The notes below the pieces were generated by a model that saw nothing but the letters and a program-made list of their open reading frames with translations, was not told the origin of the DNA and searched no databases. A stretch of 64,000 bases of DNA from an uncultured Bacilli bacterium (GTDB lineage: Bacteria; Bacillota_I; Bacilli_A; RF39; UBA660). Location of the stretch: positions 25,509 to 89,508 of the forward strand of contig CAKOHG010000005.1 in NCBI GenBank assembly GCA_934085565.1, given 5' to 3'. Made by a program: the position numbers and the translations under genes. Positions 29,287 through 38,317 of this stretch are shown piece after piece (positions within the stretch are counted from its first letter, which is position 1; each line of letters opens with the position of its first letter).

Positions 29287-29781
29287 ATGAAACAGGAAAT
29301 TATGGATTTTTTATTGGCAAAAACGCCAGAAATTTATGAAAGAAAGCCCAATTTATTTAAAGAAAGTGAGAGCCATCGTGGCTGGTTTTCATGCCGAGCT
29401 TACTTTTTAGAACAAAATGATTTATTTTTAAATGAGGTTTTAAAAGAATTAGAGAAGGAGTATCCTGGTATTTATGACAAAGAGGAGCTTTTTTATATGC
29501 AAAAATTATATCTTATGTATCCCAAAGAACCACCCGAGGACCTTTTGTGTTTATCATGGGAACATATCAAACTATTATTAAATCTATGTGAGGAACAAAA
29601 AAGAAATTTTTATATAGAACTTTGTTTGCAAAAGAATTTGTCAGTAAAAGATTTAAAAAAATATTTATTAGAAGATTTATATGAAAAATGTCTTTTAGCT
29701 AATAAAGAAAGGAGAGTATATCAAAGAGATTACAGTAAAATAGATGAATTGATAGGTGTTTCTAAAATGGTATGGAGTTAA
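29287..29781 (+). CDS. truncated YhcG-like protein (DUF1016 N-terminal domain only; the C-terminal PD-(D/E)XK nuclease domain is missing)
   Basis: LSWEHIKLLLNL..KRNFYIELCLQKNLSVKDLKKYL matches the DUF1016_N LSWSHY core. Only 164 aa versus about 350 for full-length family members. Confidence 0.5.
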   Translation: MKQEIMDFLLAKTPEIYERKPNLFKESESHRGWFSCRAYFLEQNDLFLNEVLKELEKEYPGIYDKEELFYMQKLYLMYPKEPPEDLLCLSWEHIKLLLNLCEEQKRNFYIELCLQKNLSVKDLKKYLLEDLYEKCLLANKERRVYQRDYSKIDELIGVSKMVWS

Positions 29782-29854
29782 AAAAATTCATTTATTCATC
29801 ACAATTTTGTTATAATATAGTAAATCAAGTGGATTAAAAGAAAGAAGGTTTGCT

Positions 29855-30517
29855 ATGAAAATTTTAGTAGTTGATGATGAAGCCTTAATCCGTAATGTGG
29901 TTAAAGAATATTTAGAAGCTGAACATTTTAAAGTGGATGAAGCAGGTGATGGCGATGAAGCTATAAAACTTGTTAATAATAACGACTATGATTTAATCGT
30001 TTTAGATATCATGATGCCTAAAAAAGATGGCTTTCAAACTATGAAAGAAATAAAAAAGATGAAAAACATTCCCGTTATTATGCTTTCAGCTCGACAAGAA
30101 GAATTTGACAAACTAATTGGTTTTGATTTAGGAATTGATGATTATGTCACCAAACCATTTAGTCCTAAAGAACTTGTTGCTAGAGTAAAAGCTATTACCA
30201 AACGTTATCATAATGAAGAAGCTAAAATGGTTTTTGGTTCTTTAGTTTTAGATGATAAAGCTCATGAAGTAAGAATTGATGATAAACTAGTGACTTTAAC
30301 TCCAAAAGAATATGACTTATTAAAATGCTTTTTAACGAATCATCATATAGCTCTTTCACGTGAACAACTTTTAACAAACATCTGGGGTTATGATTTTTAT
30401 GGAGACGATAGAACAGTAGATACGCATGTTAAAACACTAAGACAACACTTGGGAAAATATGGAAAATATATTAAAACTATTCGTAAGGTAGGGTATAAAT
30501 TTGAATACGAAGACTAA
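29855..30517 (+). CDS. OmpR-family response regulator
   Basis: Receiver domain (MKILVVDDE...D52-like DLIVLDIMMP..K) plus winged-helix trans_reg_C (YKFEYED end). Confidence 0.9.
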   Translation: MKILVVDDEALIRNVVKEYLEAEHFKVDEAGDGDEAIKLVNNNDYDLIVLDIMMPKKDGFQTMKEIKKMKNIPVIMLSARQEEFDKLIGFDLGIDDYVTKPFSPKELVARVKAITKRYHNEEAKMVFGSLVLDDKAHEVRIDDKLVTLTPKEYDLLKCFLTNHHIALSREQLLTNIWGYDFYGDDRTVDTHVKTLRQHLGKYGKYIKTIRKVGYKFEYED

Positions 30518-31886
30518 AAAACAAAGTTTTCATCATAAAACCCTTGTTTATTTTATTACCTTTAGTGTTACCATTCTATTATTACTATGGTTATTTCAAG
30601 TTTTCTATCTTAAATATGCGTATCAAAATTATCAAGTTCAAAATTTAAAACAATTAGCAACCATTATTAAAAAAACAAGTGAGGAAAATTTAAATGCTAC
30701 TTTAGAAAAAGTAGCTTATAAAAATGAATTATGTATTGAGTACTATGATGGATTAAACAACATTCAATATAATACTTTAAAAGTTGGATGTGCTCTTGGT
30801 AAAAACAATCAAAGTATTTTAAATATTGAAAAAGAATTTATTAATTCCAATGAGTCTATGACATCTTATAATCTTTTGAATGATGAATATGAAACAAGAG
30901 CGTATCTTTATGGTATTAAGTTAAATAGTGGTTATGTTTTCTTATATAATACCTTGGAAGATTTAAGTGTTTCAAATCGTATTTTACGTAATCAACTTAT
31001 TTATTTAACTATTATCGCTATCATTTTTGCCTGCTTTATCGCATACTTTTTATCCCAAAAATTAACAGGACCTATTTTAGATATTACTAAGCGAGCTAAG
31101 AAACTAGGTTCAGGAGAAACGATTACTTTTCCTAAGTATGATTTAGAAGAAGTAGATGAGCTTGCCCGTGTACTAGAAGAATCTGGAAGAGATATTGAAA
31201 AAAATGATGAACTTAGAAGAGACTTAATGGCTAATGTTTCCCACGATTTAAAGACTCCTTTAACAATGATAAAAGCTTATGCAGAAATGGTTAGAGACAT
31301 GAGCTATCAAAATGATGAAAAAAGAATTATGCATTGCAATATCATCATGGATGAAGTGGACCGTTTAAATTTACTTGTCAATGATATACTTGCCTTATCT
31401 AAATTTGAAGCTAACGCGGAAGAAATTAAATGGGAATCTTTTGATTTAGTAGGCGAAGTAAAAACTATTGTCAATCGTTATCAAATCATTAAAGAAACCG
31501 AAGACTATCATATTATTTTAAATGCTCCGTCTAAAGCGATGGTAAAAGCAGATAAACAAAAGTTAAATCAAGTCATTTATAACCTTATTAATAATGCCAT
31601 TAATTATACGGGTAAAGATAAAACCGTTACTATAAACATAAAAAAAGAAAAAGATAGTTATTTAGTGCAAATAGAAGATACTGGTAAAGGTATTAAGGAA
31701 GAAGAAATTCCTTTTATTTGGAACAAATATTATAAAAATGAAAAAAATCATCAACGAAATGTAGTAGGAACGGGTCTTGGGTTATCTATTGTTAAAAAAA
31801 TTTTAGAAGGACATCAATTTAAGTATGGGGTAGAGTCAACCAAAAATAAAGGAACCATTTTTTACTTTTATGTAAAAAAAGCTTAA
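30501..31886 (+). CDS. sensor histidine kinase (two TM, HisKA, HATPase_c)
   Basis: H-box SHDLKTPLT, N-box LINNAINYT, G-boxes DTGKGI / GTGLGLSIV. Likely TTG start overlapping the response-regulator stop. Confidence 0.85.
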   Translation: MNTKTKKQSFHHKTLVYFITFSVTILLLLWLFQVFYLKYAYQNYQVQNLKQLATIIKKTSEENLNATLEKVAYKNELCIEYYDGLNNIQYNTLKVGCALGKNNQSILNIEKEFINSNESMTSYNLLNDEYETRAYLYGIKLNSGYVFLYNTLEDLSVSNRILRNQLIYLTIIAIIFACFIAYFLSQKLTGPILDITKRAKKLGSGETITFPKYDLEEVDELARVLEESGRDIEKNDELRRDLMANVSHDLKTPLTMIKAYAEMVRDMSYQNDEKRIMHCNIIMDEVDRLNLLVNDILALSKFEANAEEIKWESFDLVGEVKTIVNRYQIIKETEDYHIILNAPSKAMVKADKQKLNQVIYNLINNAINYTGKDKTVTINIKKEKDSYLVQIEDTGKGIKEEEIPFIWNKYYKNEKNHQRNVVGTGLGLSIVKKILEGHQFKYGVESTKNKGTIFYFYVKKA

Positions 31887-32057
31887 TTTTTTCTTTTATT
31901 CACTTCTTCTTCACACAATTTTCATAAATGACGAGTAATATGTTAGACATGAAAGGAGAAGTGATACAGAAGATACGATCCATATATTTTGAAAAAAATA
32001 TATAAAAAAAACTCTATACAATATAAATAACATATAAACTCAAACTCACACTTTATG

Positions 32058-32092
32058 GGAAAGGACGACCTTTTTAAATGTCCTTTCCTTTT
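32058..32092 (+). terminator. terminator hairpin downstream of the kinase gene
   Basis: GGAAAGGAC / GTCCTTTCC stem followed by TTTTTAAAT. Confidence 0.45.
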
Positions 32093-32095
32093 TAA

Positions 32096-32126
32096 ATATC
32101 AAAAAAGAGGAAATTTTTATTCCTCT
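32096..32126. terminator. bidirectional terminator (AAAGAGGAA / TTCCTCTTT)
   Basis: Stem flanked by A-run and T-run. It serves the minus-strand gene ending at 32117. Confidence 0.5.
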
Positions 32127-32317
32127 TTTTCTGTTGGTGATTTTGTTTTCCAAGTCGTTTCACCACACGTGGTACAAACATAAGGTACCAAAATATCTTT
32201 ATCGGTCTCGTAATCTTGTTTGGTTAAGTCTACACATAGTAAACCTGTTTCCTTATCAATATAAGCTCGACCTTCTACTGTTTTACAAGAACAGTCACTG
32301 CAATTATTATTTTTCAT
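32117..32317 (-). CDS. small zinc-ribbon protein
   Basis: 66 aa with CSDCSC ... CTTCG Cys pairs. RBS GGGAGG. Confidence 0.4.
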   Translation of the reverse strand: MKNNNCSDCSCKTVEGRAYIDKETGLLCVDLTKQDYETDKDILVPYVCTTCGETTWKTKSPTEKEE

Positions 32318-32391
32318 AATTTCCCTCCCAAGCTTTATTGTAACCAAAAATTTTGATATAATACCTTTACTTACAAAAGAGGTGAGATTTT

Positions 32392-33378
32392 ATGCAAGGA
32401 TTTTATATTGGTAATGTTTTTATAAAAAATCCTCTTGTTTTAGCTCCTATGGCAGGGTATTCTAATACGAGTTTCCGAAAGATTATTAAAGAAATGGGTG
32501 CAGGTCTTTTATATGCGGAAATGGTTAGTGATAAAGCTTTAGTTTATCAAAATGAAAAAACTTTTGACCTTTTAAAAATGAGTGAAGAAGAAAGACCGAT
32601 TGCTCAGCAAATATTTGGAAGTGATGTAGAGACTTTTGTTAAAGCGGCTTTAATCGTTGAAGAAAAAATGCACCCGGATATTATAGATATCAATATGGGA
32701 TGTCCTGTACCTAAAGTAGCTTTATCTTGTCAGGCGGGGAGTGCTCTTTTAAAAAATCCTGAAAAAATAAAAACTATTGTTTCTAGTGTAGTTCAAGCTG
32801 TTAAAGTTCCAGTCACGGTAAAGATTCGTCTAGGTTGGGACGAAAATAGTATTAACTGTGTTGAAGTCGCCAAAATAATTGAAGAAGCAGGAGCTAGTGC
32901 CATTACTCTTCATGCCAGAACCAGAGCACAAGGTTACAGTGGACAAGCTAGATGGGAATATATAAAAAAAGTAAAAGATGCTGTTTCTATCCCAGTCATT
33001 GGCAATGGTGATGTAAAGACTCCTATGGACGCTTATAATATGCTAAAAGAAACTGGCTGTGATGGAGTAATGATTGGTCGAGGGCTTCTTGGTAATCCTT
33101 GGCTTATGAGAGAATGTTTATATTATTTAGAAAATCAAACTCTTTTACCACCACCTACTTATGAAGAAAAAATTGCCATGATGAAAAGACATTTTCAAGT
33201 TTTAAAAGAAGACAAGTGTTTAAAACTTGCCATGCTTGAAATTCGTTCTAATATACTATTTTATTTAAAAGGAATGCCAGATAATAAAGAAATTAAAAAG
33301 CTTATTTGTGAGTGTAAAACAGAAGATGAAATCATGAAAGTTTTAGATGATTACGAGAAAATATTAAAAGAGGCTTAA
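32392..33378 (+). CDS. dusB: tRNA-dihydrouridine synthase
   Basis: LAPMAGYSNTSFR, IDINMGCPVPKV, and GNGDV FMN-binding motifs. Confidence 0.85.
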   Translation: MQGFYIGNVFIKNPLVLAPMAGYSNTSFRKIIKEMGAGLLYAEMVSDKALVYQNEKTFDLLKMSEEERPIAQQIFGSDVETFVKAALIVEEKMHPDIIDINMGCPVPKVALSCQAGSALLKNPEKIKTIVSSVVQAVKVPVTVKIRLGWDENSINCVEVAKIIEEAGASAITLHARTRAQGYSGQARWEYIKKVKDAVSIPVIGNGDVKTPMDAYNMLKETGCDGVMIGRGLLGNPWLMRECLYYLENQTLLPPPTYEEKIAMMKRHFQVLKEDKCLKLAMLEIRSNILFYLKGMPDNKEIKKLICECKTEDEIMKVLDDYEKILKEA

Positions 33379-33843
33379 AAACGCTAATAATAAGAAAAGG
33401 ATACTAATTGTGTATTTCTTTTTTTTTAATTTCAAAGGCGTTTTAAAACCTATCATAAAAAATAAAAAAGTAATACTTGTAAAGATAAAGCTTAAATACA
33501 ACGGATGATTTTGACCTAAGAAAGTAGAGGCTACTAATAAACCATCTAATGAATTGATAAAAAAAAGCAGAAATAACTTTCTAAGAGAAATATTTTGATA
33601 AATATTATTATTTTCTTTATAGGCTAATATGGCTAAAAGAAGAAATAAATGAAATTGAATTTTTAAATCATGAAAAGGCCAAGTTATTTTAGAAAATAAA
33701 AACAAAAAAGCATCATAAAGTATAAATAAAAATAGAGGTAAACATAATAACTTGCCCATACTTAATTTCTTTTGCTCAATCTTTAAAGAAAGTCCAATAA
33801 TAAAACAATCAATACTTGTTAATATCGCTGCGAAAAAAAGCAT
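33364..33843 (-). CDS. membrane protein (YtaF/MntP-like)
   Basis: Five TM helices. N-terminal SIDCFIIGLSL resembles the MntP/YtaF motif. Confidence 0.35.
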   Translation of the reverse strand: MLFFAAILTSIDCFIIGLSLKIEQKKLSMGKLLCLPLFLFILYDAFLFLFSKITWPFHDLKIQFHLFLLLAILAYKENNNIYQNISLRKLFLLFFINSLDGLLVASTFLGQNHPLYLSFIFTSITFLFFMIGFKTPLKLKKKKYTISILFLLLAFLSLF

Positions 33844-33926
33844 AAGACCACCTATGGTATCTTATGCTTAAATAAAAAGTAGAGATAGGCACAAAAAAAC
33901 AAACCCTAAGGTTTGTAATTTACTAA

Positions 33927-34002
33927 ATGGCGCTCGATGTAGGACTCGAACCTACGACCTAACGGTTAACAGCCGTGCGCTCTACCGACTGAGCTAATCG
34001 AG
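33927..34002 (-). tRNA. tRNA-Asn (anticodon GTT)
   Basis: Reverse complement folds as a cloverleaf: acceptor GCTCGAT/ATCGAGC, D-arm GCTC-AGTCGGTA-GAGC, anticodon loop CTGTTAA, T-arm GTAGG-TTCGAGT-CCTAC, encoded CCA. Confidence 0.85.
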
Positions 34003-34067
34003 CAGTACAAATAGATTATATATCACTTTATTTAGATTTGTCAATAATAAAATGATAAAATTTAAAA

Positions 34068-34144
34068 TGGGGCGAAATAAGGGGGTCGAACCCTTGCATG
34101 CCGGAGCCACAATCCGGTGTGTTAACCACTTCACCAATTCCGCC
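34068..34144 (-). tRNA. tRNA-His (anticodon GTG, encoded G-1)
   Basis: Reverse complement: G-1 plus GCGGAAT acceptor pairing ATTTCGC, discriminator C, anticodon stem CCGGA/TCCGG with loop TTGTGGC, T-arm AAGGG-TTCGACC-CCCTT, CCA. Confidence 0.8.
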
Positions 34145-34299
34145 ATATGAATAGTATTTTAGCAAAAAAAATATTGTTTTTCAAGTAGGATATGTTAATT
34201 ATTAATATTTTTCTCTCTGTTTATGTATTTCATTAATAAAAATATGCTTTTTATAAAATAATTAAATGGTACTAGACAAAATATAAAAAAATATTATAA

Positions 34300-34510
34300 T
34301 AATTATATAATTTATTGCTTGGAAGAGTACATTTAATCATTTTATTAGAGACTTTGAGGTTGGTGAAATCAAAGAAAATGATATATGGAAAGACACCAGC
34401 ATAAAAATAAAACGTATTTCTTGCGTTAAAAGAAAAAGTGCATAGACTCTATGAATTAAGGTGGTACCGCGGGTTTTACTCGTCCTTAAGTTTTGTAGAG
34501 TCTTTTTATA
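34300..34510 (+). promoter_or_regulatory. T-box leader upstream of aspS; boundaries approximate
   Basis: T-box core AATTAAGGTGGTACCGCGG at 34455-34473. Flanking AGACTCTA / TAGAGTCT inverted repeat plus TTTTT at 34495-34507. RBS AGGAGG follows. Confidence 0.65.
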
Positions 34511-34522
34511 TTAGGAGGATTT

Positions 34523-36271
34523 ATGAAAAAATTATGGAATAATGAAATTACTAAAGAAATGTTAAATGAAAAAGTAACCGTTTATGGTTGGGTTCAAAAA
34601 AAGAGAAATTTAGGAGGACTCATCTTTATTGATTTAAGAGATAGAAGTGGTCTTGTCCAACTTGTTTTAAATCCTGATAATCAAAATTATGAAACAGCTG
34701 AACAAGTGAAAAATGAATATGTTTTAAAAGTAGAAGGTACCGTTACTTTAAGAGAACAACCAAATAAAGAGATTAAATCTGGAGAAATTGAAATTGATGT
34801 TGAAAACCTAGAAATATTAAATAATGCTAGTGAATTACCATTTCAAATTACGGATGATACGAATGCTTTAGAAGATACTCGCCTTAAATATCGTTATTTA
34901 GATATTCGTCGTGATGAAATTAAAAATAAACTAATTACACGTAGTAAAATCATGATGGCTATTCGTAAGTTTTTAACTAATAATGATTTTATTGAAGTGG
35001 AGACACCTGTTTTATGTAAATCTACTCCAGAAGGAGCAAGAGATTACTTAGTACCTAGCAGAGTTAATGAGGGAAAATTTTATGCTTTACCTCAAAGTCC
35101 CCAATTATTTAAACAACTTTTGATGGTTGGTGGTATTGAAAGATATTTTCAAATTGCAAAATGCTTCCGTGACGAAGATTTAAGAGCAGATAGACAACCA
35201 GAGTTTACACAAGTGGATATGGAAATGAGCTTTGTCAGTGAAGAAGATATTATGTCTATGACTGAAAATTTGATTGCTTCTGTTTTTAAAGAAATAAAAG
35301 GTATTGATATTGCCTTACCACTCCAAAGAATGAAATGGACAGACGCTATGAAATATTATGGCTCTGATAAACCAGATTTACGTTATGACATGAAAATCGA
35401 AGAAATTAAAGAATGTTTTAAGGATACTACGATTGAGTTTTTACAAAAAGCTTATCAAAACAATGAAAATATCGATGCGATTGTAGCGAAAAATGCTACC
35501 GAACATTATTCTCGTAAAGAAATTGATAAGTGTACAGAATTTGTAAAACAAAGAGGAGCCAGTGGTTTAATCTATTTAAAATATGATGAAGAGCTTACTG
35601 GTAGCATTGCTAAAAATTTAACCGAAGAAGAGAAAAAGACTATCATTTCGAGACTTTCTTTAGAAAAAGGAGATGTTGTCTTTATTGTTGTCGGTAATAA
35701 AATGAAAACTGTTTTAGGTGCTTTAAGATGTAAAGTAGCAAATGATTTAAATATTATTGATAAAAATATTTATCGTCTTCTTTGGGTAGTAGATTTTCCA
35801 ACTTTTGAATATAGTGAAGAAGAACAACGTTTTGTTGCCTGTCATCATCCTTTTACGGCACCAAAAGATGAAGATGTGGATAAGTTAATTAATGATAAAG
35901 AAAATTGTTATTCTAAAGCTTATGATATTGTTATCAACGGTTATGAAGCCGGGGGAGGTTCTATTCGTATTCATGATTCAAAAATTCAAGAAAAAATGTT
36001 TGAAGCTCTTGAATTAACAGAAGAAGATATTCAAAATAAATTTGGCTTCTTTGTGAATGCTTTAAAATATGGAACTCCTCCTCATGGTGGTTTAGCTATC
36101 GGTCTTGATAGACTTACTATGCTTCTTACAAATACAGAAAATATTCGTGATGTTATTGCTTTTCCAAAAACAGCCAGCGCTTCTGATTTAATGAGTGAGT
36201 GTCCGAATATAGTGGATCAAAAACAATTAGACGATTTACATATTGCATTAAAAACAAAAGAACAACGTTAA
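34523..36271 (+). CDS. aspS: aspartyl-tRNA synthetase
   Basis: Class II motifs FRDEDLRADRQPEFTQVDMEMSF, GGGSIRIH and GLAIGLDRL. 582 aa, bacterial type with an insertion domain. Confidence 0.95.
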   Translation: MKKLWNNEITKEMLNEKVTVYGWVQKKRNLGGLIFIDLRDRSGLVQLVLNPDNQNYETAEQVKNEYVLKVEGTVTLREQPNKEIKSGEIEIDVENLEILNNASELPFQITDDTNALEDTRLKYRYLDIRRDEIKNKLITRSKIMMAIRKFLTNNDFIEVETPVLCKSTPEGARDYLVPSRVNEGKFYALPQSPQLFKQLLMVGGIERYFQIAKCFRDEDLRADRQPEFTQVDMEMSFVSEEDIMSMTENLIASVFKEIKGIDIALPLQRMKWTDAMKYYGSDKPDLRYDMKIEEIKECFKDTTIEFLQKAYQNNENIDAIVAKNATEHYSRKEIDKCTEFVKQRGASGLIYLKYDEELTGSIAKNLTEEEKKTIISRLSLEKGDVVFIVVGNKMKTVLGALRCKVANDLNIIDKNIYRLLWVVDFPTFEYSEEEQRFVACHHPFTAPKDEDVDKLINDKENCYSKAYDIVINGYEAGGGSIRIHDSKIQEKMFEALELTEEDIQNKFGFFVNALKYGTPPHGGLAIGLDRLTMLLTNTENIRDVIAFPKTASASDLMSECPNIVDQKQLDDLHIALKTKEQR

Positions 36272-36291
36272 AAAAAGACGTTGTTTTTTTG
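36261..36291 (+). terminator. rho-independent terminator after aspS
   Basis: CAACGT / ACGTTG stem followed by TTTTTTT. Confidence 0.55.
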
Positions 36292-36385
36292 TGAAATAAT
36301 TTTTAAACTTGTAAAGTTTTTGTCAATTTTTTTAATGGTTTAAGGTATTATTAAAATTTTTTTGAAAAATTACACATAAAAAAAA

Positions 36386-36449
36386 GGAAATCGAAGATTT
36401 TTCTTGTATATATAAGTAGAAGGATAATTTAAAGCTAGCAAAATTATCT
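36386..36449 (+). promoter_or_regulatory. conserved upstream element copy D plus hairpin GATAATTT-N10-AAATTATC
   Basis: GGAAATCGAAGATTTTTCTTGTATATATAAGTAGAAGG followed by the hairpin and RBS AGAAGAGGA. Confidence 0.5.
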
Positions 36450-36471
36450 TTCTTAGAAGAGGACACTAGAC

Positions 36472-37299
36472 ATGATAAGAGAATTAGAAGAAACAAAAAA
36501 ATTTTACAGTTGTCGTTACGACAGAACATTTAAAGAAGTATTTTTAAAAGAAGAAAATGAGGATTTATTAGTAGCTTTACTAGAGCTTACTTTAAACCTT
36601 AAAGTCTATGAAATTCAAAGACTTAATGTAGAAACCCTTCAAGGGAATATTAATACTCGTAAAAAGTATTGTGATTTGCTTTTAAAAACGAGTGAAGGTT
36701 ATATTGGTATTGAGATTAATTCAGAACCTAAAGATTATCTTCATACCAGAAACTTAGCCTTTTTATGTAACGTTTATAGTAGATATACTTTAAAAGGTGA
36801 TAGTTATAGTGAAGATACTTTAATTATTCAATTAAATCTCACTTATGGTATGAATAAGAAAGATAATAAAATATGTCGGATTTATACTTTGAATGATGGT
36901 GAGAAAAACTTTGTTCGTAACTTTAAAATTGTGGAATGGAATATGGACAAAGTCTTAAATTATTGGTATGCTAAAGACGAAGTAAACATTCAAAAATTCA
37001 AGTATTTAATAATGCTTGATTTAAATGAAGAAGACTTGGCAAAATTACCAAGTGATAGAAAGGTAATGAAATTTATGAACGAAGTTAAGAAAGTAAATGA
37101 AGACCCAGAATTTTTTAATTATATGACTAAAGAAGAAGATGAAGAAAAACGTCGTACTACTGAAATTAAAGAAGCAAAAAAAGAAAGAAATATTGAAGTC
37201 GCTAAGGATCTTTTAAAGTTAAATACTCCACTAGAGACAATAATGATAGCCTCCAAACTAAGCAAAGAAGAAATTGAAAAACTTAAAAATAATATATAA
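36472..37299 (+). CDS. Rpn/YhgA-like PD-(D/E)XK nuclease family transposase (copy 1 of tandem array)
   Basis: 275 aa. YCDLLLKT..IGIEINSEP nuclease core. C-terminal helical module NIEVAKDLLKLNTPLETIMIASKLSKEEIEKLK. Confidence 0.7.
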   Translation: MIRELEETKKFYSCRYDRTFKEVFLKEENEDLLVALLELTLNLKVYEIQRLNVETLQGNINTRKKYCDLLLKTSEGYIGIEINSEPKDYLHTRNLAFLCNVYSRYTLKGDSYSEDTLIIQLNLTYGMNKKDNKICRIYTLNDGEKNFVRNFKIVEWNMDKVLNYWYAKDEVNIQKFKYLIMLDLNEEDLAKLPSDRKVMKFMNEVKKVNEDPEFFNYMTKEEDEEKRRTTEIKEAKKERNIEVAKDLLKLNTPLETIMIASKLSKEEIEKLKNNI

Positions 37300-37376
37300 A
37301 CTCACGAAAAGTAAGCCTTAAATGTGCTTATTTTTTTATTTATTAAATTTTTTTGACAAATTACACATAAAAAAAA

Positions 37377-37440
37377 GGAAATCGAAGATTTTTTTTGTAT
37401 ATATAAGTAGAAGGATAATTTAAAGCTAGCAAAATTATCT
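37377..37440 (+). promoter_or_regulatory. conserved upstream element copy E plus hairpin
   Basis: Identical to copy D except for a T-run length difference. Confidence 0.5.
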
Positions 37441-37462
37441 TTCTTAGAAGAGGACACTAAAC

Positions 37463-38314
37463 ATGATAAGAGAATTAGAAGAAGTAAAAAAATTTTACAG
37501 TTGTCGTTATGACAGAACATTTAAAGAAGTATTTTTAAAAGAAGAAAACGAGGATTTACTAGTAGCTTTACTAGAGCTTACTTTAAACCTTAAAGTCTAT
37601 GAAATTCAAAGACTTAATGTAGAAACCCTTCAAGGGAATATTAATACTCGTAAAAAGTATTGTGATTTGCTTTTAAAAACGAGTGAAGGTTATATTGGTA
37701 TTGAGATTAATTCAGAACCTAAAGATTATCTTCATACCAGAAACTTAGCCTTTTTATGTAACGTTTATAGTAGATATACTTTAAAAGGTGATAGTTATAG
37801 TGAAGATACTTTAATTATTCAATTAAATCTCACTTATGGTATGAATAAGAAAGATAATAAAATATGTCGGATTTATACTTTGAATGATGGTGAGAAAAAC
37901 TTTGTTCGTAACTTTAAAATTGTGGAATGGAATATGGACAAAGTCTTAAATTATTGGTATGCTAAAGACGAAGTAAACATTCAGAAATTCAAGTATTTAA
38001 TTATGCTTGATTTAAATGAAGAAGACTTGGCAAAATTGTCAAATGATAGAAAGGTAATGAAATTTATGAATGAAGTTAAGAAAGTAAATGAAGACCCAGA
38101 ATTTTTTAGTTATATGACCAAAGAAGAAGATGAAGAAAAGTGTCATAATACTGAACTTAAAGAAGCCATGGACACGGGTATTGATATTGGTAAAAAAGAA
38201 AGAAATATTGAAGTCGCTAATGATCTTTTAAAGTTAAATACTCCACTAGAAACAATAATGATAGCCTCAAAACTAAGCAAAGAAGATATTTTAAAACTTA
38301 AAAATAATATGTAA
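37463..38314 (+). CDS. Rpn/YhgA-like PD-(D/E)XK nuclease family transposase (copy 2)
   Basis: 283 aa, over 95 percent identical to copy 1 over the first 215 aa and divergent near the C-terminus. Confidence 0.7.
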   Translation: MIRELEEVKKFYSCRYDRTFKEVFLKEENEDLLVALLELTLNLKVYEIQRLNVETLQGNINTRKKYCDLLLKTSEGYIGIEINSEPKDYLHTRNLAFLCNVYSRYTLKGDSYSEDTLIIQLNLTYGMNKKDNKICRIYTLNDGEKNFVRNFKIVEWNMDKVLNYWYAKDEVNIQKFKYLIMLDLNEEDLAKLSNDRKVMKFMNEVKKVNEDPEFFSYMTKEEDEEKCHNTELKEAMDTGIDIGKKERNIEVANDLLKLNTPLETIMIASKLSKEDILKLKNNM

Positions 38315-38317
38315 AAT

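Noticed and set aside
32134-32319. Plus-strand ORF 32134-32319
   Set aside because: Antisense to the better-supported zinc-ribbon gene (GGGAGG RBS, Cys pairs) at 32117-32317.
33844-34522. Prophage or integrative element at the tRNA-His/tRNA-Asn locus
   Set aside because: No integrase, no att-like duplication of a tRNA 3' end, and both flanks (dusB-side membrane protein, aspS) are core genes.
36386-36423. Reading the conserved element as a LexA/SOS box (CGAAG...CTTG)
   Set aside because: The half-site spacing is 15 rather than the 14 of the CGAAC-N4-GTTCG consensus, and the half-sites are imperfect. I could not support it from sequence alone.
36332-37520. Minus-strand ORFs 36332-36529 and 37302-37520 (MFCRNDNCKIFL...)
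   Set aside because: They are duplicated only because they lie antisense over the duplicated conserved element and the Rpn 5' ends. The hydrophobic low-complexity translation is typical of AT-rich antisense frames.
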